NCBI GenBank assembly: GCA_964016885.1
Contig: OZ024740.1
Coordinates: 377,208,001 to 377,272,000 of the forward strand
DNA from: Eledone cirrhosa
Lineage: Eukaryota
Length of the DNA: 64,000 nt
Direction: 5' to 3'
Part shown: piece after piece, positions 51,195 to 64,000 of the stretch
Numbering within the stretch: the stretch's first letter is position 1
How the letters are laid out: each line of letters starts with the position of its first letter
Notes under the pieces: model-generated
What the model saw: only the letters and a program-made list of their open reading frames with translations
What the model was told of the DNA's origin: nothing
The model's database searches: none
Program-made: the position numbers and the translations under genes

Positions 51195-53895
51195 ATGATG
51201 GCTGCCCCCTCGTTATCGAGTATGGCCATTGTACGAGAAAAAAAAAAAATATATATATATATATACATATATACATACATATACATACATACATATACAT
51301 ATATATATATTAATAACAATAATGATAATAATAATAACAACAATAATAATAACGATAACAACAACAATAATGATATACATATACATATATATATACACAC
51401 ACATAAACATATCTATACACACACACACACGATAACAACTAACAGCGCTGCGTTCGAATGTAGCTTTTTAGCCCAGCCAATGATCTAAAATGTCTTGCAC
51501 AGAGTCGGCAACCAAAACATTCACTGAGAATAGCCGGCTGTGGTTGGAGTTCATGTACTTTTGCATGTCGCTTAAGCCCTCCTGCTGATTTACATTCTCT
51601 ACCACATGCTTGGCAAGCATGATGAGTAGCATCTCCAACAGCAGCCTGGTAGTCAACCACTGGTCTTACTTTATGACTGCGAAGATGACTTTCGAGTCTA
51701 GCTTTGCTTAGGCAGAGTCTCGCACAGACGCTGCATGTCAGCACCATAGTAGCACCCTCTCCGTCTGGAACTGCAACAGCAATGCCCTTCCTCACATCCC
51801 GCTTTACTTTCTCGTATGCGATTCGAGATGCCTCAAAGGCAACTTTTCCCTCATATACAGTCTTTCTCCATTTATTACGATCAGCAGCAATATTTTCCCA
51901 TGTATCAGCAGAGATGTTAGCGTCTTTCAAAGAGGCTTTCAAGGAATCCTTATACCTCTTTTTTGGTTTATGTGGCGGTCGTTTTCCTTTAACTAACTCT
52001 CCATAAAAGAGTTGTTTTGGGTATTCTAGAATCCTTCATCCTGGCAAGGTGACCACTCCAACGGAGTCGTTGCTTAAGCACAAGAGCTTCTATACTGTCA
52101 CACATAGAGCTTTCCAAAATCTCGACATCACTGATGTGGTCCCTCCAGTGAATGCCATGGATCCGTCTGAAACACATCTGATGGAAATGCTCCAATTGCT
52201 TAAGGTGGTGTCGTATGTGACCCAGGTCTCGCAGGCATAAAGAAGACAAGAAAGCACACATGCCTTGTACACCTTTAAAAAAAATATAGATCTTCTTGCA
52301 TATGTCTCGCACGAAATAAAAAAAATAAAAAAAAAAATAAAAAATTAATCCCTTGCTTCCCCCACCCCCCTCCCCGCCTCCCCCAGCCGCCTAGCTTTCC
52401 GAAAGCATCACTTGCTTTCCTAATCGTAAGTGAGATTTCACTATCAAGGTTGCTGTATCGATTGACAGTGCTTCCCAAGTAGACAAACTGATCAACCACT
52501 CCGAGTCGTTTACCATACACATAGATATTTGGTTCAGTGTACTGCTTACCAGGGGCAGGTTGGTACATGACGACGGTTTTCTTGAGACTTACAGTCAATC
52601 CTAGAGCAGTGCAAGCGTCAGAAAATGCATTCAAAATGTGCTGCATATCACTCTCTGTGTGCGCTACAAGATCGCAATCATCTGCATACAAGAGGTCTCT
52701 TATGATTGATGTAAATACTTTTGTCTTTGCAGCAAAGCGCCTGGTGTTAAATATGCTGCCTGAGGTTCGATATCGGATGTAAACACAATGCTCGCAATTC
52801 CTGAATGCAATACAGAAAACCATTGCAAAGTATATGGTAAACAGGGTCGGTGCTGGAGTATCCCCCTGTTTCACTCCATTTTTTACTGAGATAGGCTCCG
52901 ATATGTTACCTCCGACATTAACCCAAGCCTTAATGTAGTCATGGAAAGACCTAACTAAAGCAAGGAAATTATCAGGGCAACCAACCAAGTTTCTGGAGAA
53001 CCTACAATAATGCATTTCTGTTAACAGTATCGAAAGCTTTTGTCAGATCGACAAAAACCTGATACAGATCCAAACCTTGTTCCATGCACTTCTCTTGGAG
53101 CTGTCTAGCTGAGAAGATCATATCAGTAGTGCCGCGTCCAGCACGAAAACCAGATTGACTTTCAGGAAGAACACAATCTGCAATGTGTGTCAGCAGACGG
53201 TCCAGAAGCACCCTACATAAAACTTTCCCTACGACAGAAAGCAATGATATACCTCTGTAGTTCCCACAATCATTCCTGTTTTCCTTTCCCTTCTACAAGA
53301 CCACCATTACTGCATCTCTCCAGTCCTCAGCTACGGATTCATTAGCCCATATCCTGCCAAACAAAGAGTGAAGATGTTGCAGGAGTCTCTCACCACCATA
53401 TTGTAGGAGCTCAGCATGTATGCTATCCATACCTGGAGATCTTCCACTGTTCAGCTTCGAGATAGCCACTGCAACCTCCACAAGCGTCGGAGGTTCTGCG
53501 AGAGCTACTTTCACAGGATTTTTTGGAATGAGATTAAGGAAATCTTCACTGACGACAGACGGCTGATTCAAAAGATCATCAAAGTGCTCTCGCCACCTTC
53601 GTAGATTTCCCTGTGAGTCACGAAGAAGTTCTTTGCCATCCTTGCTGCGAAGCTGTGTCACCAGAGAGGAAGACGGTCCATAAACCTCACGCAAGGGACT
53701 GTACAACAGCTTTGTGTTATTGGAATCTGACGCAGTTTGTATCTCACCAGGCCTTCTCACTCCACCACTGATCCTTCATCTGAGAAAGAGTCCGCCTAAC
53801 ACGTGATTTTACATCCTTGAGTTCCTTATGCAACGTATTCCTCTCCTGTGGTTTTGCCGTCAAGTAGCGTGACAGAGCACGTCTCTTATCTTGTG
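51195..53895 (-). mobile_element. 5'-truncated RTE LINE (degenerate ORF with C-terminal C2H2 fingers)
   Basis: SPGMDSI, LPESQSGFRAGRGTTDMIF, FVDLTKAFD, GVKQGD, LLYADD, RLRWSGH. Highly similar to 61330-63939. Confidence 0.92.
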
Positions 53896-53920
53896 CAGAT
53901 ACCCGTAATATGTGATGGAT

Positions 53921-53952
<32 letters not shown>

Positions 53953-55280
53953 CACTTCCCTCATATATATATATATGTATATATACACTCCCCTCATATA
54001 TATATATGTACATATATATATATGTGTGTGTATATATGTGTATATATATATATGTATATATATATGTGTGTATTTATGTATATATAAGTGTATATATGTA
54101 TATATATATATGTGTGTATGTATATATATATATGTGTATATATATATATTTATATGTATGTGTATTTATATGTATACACACACACACATATATATATATA
54201 CATATATATACATACACATATATATACATATACACATATATATACATATATACACTTATATATACATAAATACACACATATATACATATATATATATATA
54301 CACACATATATACATACACACACATATATATATATATAGGGAGAGTGTATATACATATATATATATGAGGGGTGTGTATATATATATATACACACACACA
54401 CACAATCCATCACATATTACGGGTATCTGCACAAAACATTGAGGAACCTGCAGCTTCAGTAGAAGACATTTACACAAAATATGATCATGCAGTAAGACCG
54501 AACGCACAACCACTTAGTGGGAAGCAAACTTCTTAACAACACAGTACCAATTTTTTATACTTTTAAAAATACTTCATTTATTTTATTCAATCAACACTGG
54601 TATATGTCTGATTCTGATTGTATTGAACCTGATGTAACGAAAGTTAAATACCGAATATGTGACATGAAGTGTAGAATAGTGAACATTGATCTAGTAATAC
54701 GGTTTGCAGCCGCTCTGCTAATTGATAAGCCAATCATACTACAAAACTCTATGTAATGAGCTTTAAAACGAAATGTTCCACTTATCACGCTGTATTCCTT
54801 AAGAAATAAATGAACGTTTGATAATATCATTATTCACCCTCTATGATATAATAAAACATTTTGTTATTGTTGGCAAATCATTACAACATCAGGCAAGATA
54901 TCTCGCAGTTGTTTCTCCGTCTCATTAGGTTTGGGGTCGATAAAATAATGTACCAGTGAAGGATTATGATTGATATAATCAACTAGCCTAGCCCTCCCCA
55001 CCTATATAAGTAATTATTCATATTCTAACAGTTTGTGAGTGCACAGGTGTGTCCATATCTGTATGTGTGTGCTTAGATATTTTTTATCTATCATTGAAAA
55101 GTACTTAACCCACATATGTACGTGCGGTATATACACAGCATAGAATATATTGACAAATGAATGAATAAATAATTCATGATTCTTTTATTTGTTTCTATAT
55201 TCTACTGTGCGTGAGCTTGTGCGGGCACGTGTGTGTTTCTGTACGTGTGTGGATGCGTTCATATATAATTTACGCAGCAG

Positions 55281-57756
<2,476 letters not shown>

Positions 57757-57896
57757 TGTCAAGTAAATATGTTTTGAAACAACGAGCGAGGTTGAAATTA
57801 GAAATAGAAGCTTTCGCTATATTTTTGACTAAAGATATTTTGGCGTGAAAGTGGGGTTTAGAATCCTCTAAAAAATGGAAAAAGATGGGTATTGAC

Positions 57897-57944
<48 letters not shown>

Positions 57945-58000
57945 GTGAGGTTTTTTTTACAAAATGAAAAATAACCGAGGTGTCCTACACGAGTGGAAGT

Positions 58001-58366
<366 letters not shown>

Positions 58367-59590
58367 CCTAAGAGATTGTTTTGGTAAAAACAGGAGCAAG
58401 CAGGAGAAAGCTCTCAACATTCGTAGTTTGTAGTTACGATGGAGATTCAGTATAATAGTAACATTAAGAAAGATATTGATGTTACATAAATCACATACAT
58501 CAGCATCTTCTTAATGTTCTTATATATATATATATGGGCACAAACCAAATTTAGCACTCGATATAATCACCTGGAAATACTATGTAATCCATGGATTATT
58601 CGTATATATCCAATTATTAGTGTAAATCCAGGAAGATAGTTTCATCAGATGAATTGAATATGGGATTTCAGTTTAATACAAGCAAAATATTTCAATATAC
58701 CATCCGTTTATTTCGTAAAGACTGATTTTATATCAATCCTGCTCGCAGCTGTAGTGGTATGTAATCATTTACACATTGAAAGTTGCATAAGTTATTACAG
58801 CTCGACTCAAAGAATTAAGTCGCGTCATTAGATATAAACGGGACAAGATTTCAGAATCAATATGTCGCTGAGTATAACAACAATGTCGTTCTTTATCCCG
58901 AAAAATATTTTTCACTTGCAACATAAAAATTAAGAAATAAATAAAGAGTAAAAGAGAAAAGAATTAAAAGAAAAAAAGAGAAAAATGACAAGAAGCATGA
59001 CAAAAGAGGGTATATATTTTAGATTGTGTCAAGTCGGGTTGCATGCCTGACACACCCATGCAACAATGGGTGTATATTGTTGTGTGTGGCGTCAGAATTT
59101 GAAAAGGGAAATAAAAACAAATATACATATAAAACAGTAATAATAATAATAAATAAAAACAAAATATGAAACTTAAAAGTGCGATTGGCAGATAATTCAA
59201 TTTAATTATCTAAGTCACTGCGTATTATAAATCTCAGTTAGCTTGTTACAGAACTATCTTATCTTTTGCTTTCCAAAAGTCGAGAGTTAAATAGTCCAGA
59301 AGGGAAAAAGCCTTAATGATGCCACAAAGTCTAGTGTACTTTCATAATGGTCAATTGCTGGCGGGTACGTTGATAAGTTTGCTATAACTCTCCGTTCCAC
59401 ATTGAAGGTGATTAAATATATATTACTTAATATACAAGGATATCAGTGTTATGAAAAGTTAAGAGTTGGAAAATTTAATAAATTTGTAAAATTATAAAAT
59501 TTGAAAAACAAGCAGTAGTAATGGCAGACAGTCCGAGTCTGTCAGTGGTGATGGTGTGTGAGTGTAGTTGAGGTGAGGTGCATCGTGTTG

Positions 59591-59649
<59 letters not shown>

Positions 59650-59780
59650 GTGTGTATATATATATATGTGTATATATATATATGTGTATGTGTATATATA
59701 TATATATGTGTGTATGTATATATATATATATATATATGTGAGTTTTTATAAGTGAGTTTTTTTTTTTTGTTTTTTTTTTT

Positions 59781-60081
59781 GCGCGGGGATATAGAAATAA
59801 TCGGGCTGGATGCCCGATCGCGCAGTTAAACCACTGGGAGCGAAGAAACCCTAGCCCTTGTCAGGGCATTCTTCTAGGAGAAGGCATCTCAGGAAACTGG
59901 GTTAACTCCGACATAAAACCTGCGGCTCAGTAGTTACCGATGATGTTGATCTTTTCTTCTTTTCGGGTTATAGCTACTGTCGCTCAGAGAGTGGGATTGG
60001 CTCAGTGCACAGTCTCTCCTCACTTTAAAAATATTCGTCACGCACAGGCATTGCACGAGTGCATTAATAATTATTAATAGT

Positions 60082-60122
<41 letters not shown>

Positions 60123-63100
60123 GTTACTATTATTATTACTTTTTTTTTTTTTTTTCCAATTCAATGATGTTCCAGAACAATATAAAAGAGATAATTGGCA
60201 ATTTAGGTTCTGGAACAAAAAAGATAATTGGCAATAAGGGCAGGGGCCCCAGATTATCACAGCCTGGGCCCGCTCGTCATCGTGCCATTGTAATAGAGCC
60301 AGACAAGGCATTTAGTCTTGGCTGCTGGAACGTACGGACGCTGCTTGACAGGAATTCCTTGAAGCGTCCTGAACGAAGGACCGCTCTTGTTGCAAAGGAG
60401 CTTCGAAGTTACGATCTTGACATCGTGGCTTTATCTGAGACGAGGTTAGCTGGAAATGGTCATCTTACAGAATTTTGTGGAGAATATACATTCTTCTGGA
60501 AAGGAAGAGATGAAGGAACCAGAAGAGAGGCTGGGGTAGGATTTTCTGTTAAGACTGTACTTGTGAATAAATTAGAAGAATTCCCAGTAGGGATTAGAAA
60601 GCGTCTTATGTCCATGAGAATTCCGCTGGACAAAGGAAGATATGCGACCCTGGTGAGTGTGTATGCTCCAACTATGAATTCTGTCGATGAAGAAGAAGTG
60701 TCCTTTTACCATGCCTTGAAAGGTGTTTTAAGAAATATCCCTCAGGCAGACAAAGTCACCGTGCTTAGTGACTTTAATGCTAGAGTGGGTAGGGATTTTA
60801 ACACATGGAATGTAATCGGAAGGCATGGGGTGGGAAAGTGTAACAACAATGGTATGCTCCTGCTGCAGATGTGTGAGGAGCTGGATCTGTGTGTTACCAA
60901 CACCATGTTCCAACAAAAGAACAAATTCAAGACCACATGGATGCATCCTGCATCTAAGGAATGGCATCTTTTGGACTACGTCCTAGTCAGGATGCGTGAC
61001 AGACAGGATGTGCAGTGTGTTCGGGCTCTTCGTGGAGCTGAGTGCTGGACGGACCACCGCCTGGTACGCGCAAAAGTGAAACTAATCACTAAACGTAAAG
61101 TCCGGGCTCCTGGTGTTTCCCTGCCCAAAAGATTGAATGCTGCTCGTCTTTAGGATAAACATGTGAAGAGGACATTGGAAGAAGAGATACAGGCTGCAGA
61201 TCTTGGTGAGGATTGGCCGACCCTTAAAAAGTCGGTTTATGATGTCGGCAGGCGTGTTCTGTGATTGGTGCAGAGAAAACATCAGGACTGGTTTAATTAG
61301 AATGATGTACATATAGAAGACTTGTTGGCTGATAAGAGGCGTGCTCTGTCACGCTACTTGACGGCAAAACCACAGGAGAGGAATACGTTGCATGAGGAGC
61401 TCAGGGATGTAAAATCACGTGTTAGGCGGAGTTTTTCTCAGATGAAGGTTCAGTGGTGGAGTGAGAAGGCTGGTGAGATACAAACTGCGTCAGATTCCAA
61501 TAACACAAAGCTGTTGTACAGTCCCTTGCGTGAGGTTTATGGACCGTCTTCTTCTCTGGTGACACCGCTTCGCAGCAGGGATGGCAAAGAACTTCTTCGT
61601 GACTCACAAGGAATGCCACGAAGGTGGCGAGAGCACTTTGATGATCTTTTGAATCAGCCGTCTGTCGCCAGTAAAGATTTCCTCAATCTCATTCCAGAAA
61701 GTCCTGTGAAAGTAGCTCTCGCAGAACCTCCGACGCTTGTGGAGGTTGCAGTGGCTATTTCGAAGCTGAACAGTGGAAGATCTCCAGGTATGGATGGCAT
61801 ACTTGCTGAGCTCCTACAATATGGTGGTGAGAGACTCCTGCAACATCTGCACTCTTTGTTTGGCAGGATATGGGCTAATGAATCCGTACCTGAGGACTGG
61901 AGAGATGCAATAATGGTGGTCTTGTACAAGGGAAAGGGTAACAGGAATGATTGTGGGAACTACAGAGGTATAACATTGGTTTCTGTCGTAGGGAAAGTTT
62001 TATGTAGGACCGTCTGCTGTTTTATGTAGGACCGTCTGGACCGTCTGCTGACACACATTGCAGATTGTGTTCTTCCTGAAAGTCAATCTGGTTTTCGTGC
62101 TGGACGTGGCACTACTGATATGATATTCTCAGCTAGACAGCTCCAGGAGAAGTGCATGGAACAAGGCTTGGGTCTGTATCAGGTTTTTGTCGATCTGACA
62201 AAAGCTTTCGATGCTGTTAACAGAGAGGCATTATGGAAGGTTCTCCAGAAACTTGGTTGCCCTGATAAGTTCCTTGCTTTAGTTAGGTCTTTCTATGAAG
62301 ACATGAAGGCTTGGGTTAATGTCGGAGGTAACATGTCGGGGCCTATCTCAGTAAAAAATGGAGTGAAACAGTGGGATATTCCAGCACCGACCCTGTTTGC
62401 CATATACTTTGTAATGGTTTTCTGTATTGCATTCAGGAATTGCGAGCATGGTGTTTAGATCCGATATCGAACCTCAGGCAGCATATTTAACATCAGGCGC
62501 TTTGCTGCAAAGACAAAAGTATTTACATCAATTATAAGAGACCTCTTGTATGCAAATGATTGCGATCTTGTAGCGCACACAGAGAGTGATATGCAGCACA
62601 TTTTGAAAGCATTTTCTGACGCTTGCACTGCTCTAGGATTGACTGTAAGTCTCAAGAAAACCGTCGTCATGTACTAACCTACCCCTGGTAAGTAGTACAC
62701 TGAACCAAATATCTATGTGTATGGTAAACGACTTGGAGTGGTTGATCAGTTTGTCTACCTGGGAAGCACTGTCAATCGATACAGCAACCTTGACAGTGAA
62801 ATCTCACTTAGAATTAGGATAGCAAGTGATGCTTTCGGAAAGCTAGAAAGGCGACTCTGGGGTCGGCGAGACATATGCAGGAGGATAAAGGTAAAGGTGT
62901 ACAAGACATGTGTGCTCTCTTGTCTTCTTTATGCCTGCGAGACCTGGGTCACATATCGACACCACCTTAAGCAATTGGAGCGTTTCCATTAGATGTGACT
63001 CAGACGGATCCATGGCGTTCACTGGAGGGACCACATCAGTGATGTCGAGATTTTGGAAAGCTCTATGTGTGACAGTATAGAAGCTCTTGTGCTTAAGCAA

Positions 63101-63754
63101 CGACTCCGTTGGAGTGGTCACCTTGCTAGGATGAAGGATTCTAGAATACCAAAACAACTCTTTTATGGAGAGTTGGTTAAAGGAAAACGACCGCCACATA
63201 AACCAAAAAAGAGGTATAAGGATTCCTTGAAAGCCTCTTTGAAAGATGCTAACATCTCTGCTGATACATGGGAAAATATTGCTGCTGATCGTAATAAATG
63301 GAGAAAGACTGTATATGAGGGAAAAGTTGCCTTTAAGGCATCTCGAATCGCATACGAGAAAGTAAAGCGGGATGTGAGGAAGGGCATTTCTGTTGCACTT
63401 CCAGACGGCGAGGGTCCTCCTATGGTGCTGACATGCAGCGTCTGTGCGAGACTCTGCCTAAGCAAAGCTGGACTCGAAAGTAATCTTCGCAGTCATAAAG
63501 TAAGACCAGTGGTTGACTACCAGGCTGCTGTTGGAGATGCTGCTCATCATGCTTGCCAAACATGTGGTAGAGAATGTAAATCAGCAGGAGGGCTCAAGCG
63601 ACATGCAAAAGTACATGAACTCCAACCACAGCCGGCTATTCCCAGAGAATGTTTTGGTTGCCGACTCTGTGCAAGACATTTTTGATCATTGGCTGGGGTA
63701 AAAAGCCACATTCGATCGCAGCGCTGTTAGTTGCTATCGTGTGTGTGTGTGTGT

Positions 63755-63795
<41 letters not shown>

Positions 63796-63939
63796 TGTGT
63801 GTATATATGTATATGTATATGTGTATATATATATATATATATTTCTTTTTTTTATTTTTATTTTATTTTTTATTTATTTATAAAAAAATTTTTCTCCTGG
63901 TGCAATGGCCATACTCGATAACGAGGGGGCAGCCATCAT
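59781..63939 (+). mobile_element. Near full-length, inactivated RTE LINE
   Basis: 5' UTR, APE (WNVRTL, VALSETR, VYAPT, DFNARVG, LLDYVL, TDH), RT, three C2H2-like fingers and a 3' end motif. Multiple stops and frameshifts. Confidence 0.93.
60164..63725 (+). pseudogene. RTE APE-RT-zinc finger ORF, disrupted
   Basis: ORF track pieces 60080-61153, 61322-62029, 62120-62458, 62717-62992 and 63053-63685 are consecutive parts of one protein. Confidence 0.9.
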
Positions 63940-63956
63940 ATATATATGTATGTATG

Positions 63957-63989
<33 letters not shown>

Positions 63990-64000
63990 ATATATATATA

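Noticed and set aside
58555-58665. Minus-strand CTGATGA with a long hairpin
   Set aside because: No GAAA, stem III or cleavage triplet. At best a truncated relic.

Overview
AT-rich, microsatellite-laden animal genomic DNA. The repeat repertoire suggests a cephalopod such as Octopus, but this is inference only. There is a 200-N gap at 29471-29670 and no intact host gene; most ORFs in the track are (TA)n/(CA)n/(GA)n artefacts. The window is mostly mobile DNA: three Penelope-like retroelements (two Naiad-type, one nearly intact at 11816-16722), two RTE LINEs plus an RTE-derived bipartite non-autonomous family, L1/Tx1 and CR1-like fragments, a mariner, a Tigger/pogo-like MITE, Helitron pieces and tRNA-derived SINEs. 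The main result comes from reading the non-coding DNA. At least nine distinct sequence families carry recognisable type I hammerhead ribozyme (HHR) motifs with palindromic mini stem III. Three are the terminal repeats of the autonomous PLEs. The rest are small non-coding units of about 200-650 bp, arranged as tandem units plus an inverted copy and embedded in (TA)n. Three unrelated families use a compensatory U3-A8 core (UUGAAAA), and several have very long stem II inserts. Also notable: a 312-316 bp tandem RNA-like unit whose helices covary between two families, and a (TA)n-flanked foldback carrying two copies of an RMND5-like first coding exon. All structures were folded by eye and are untested.
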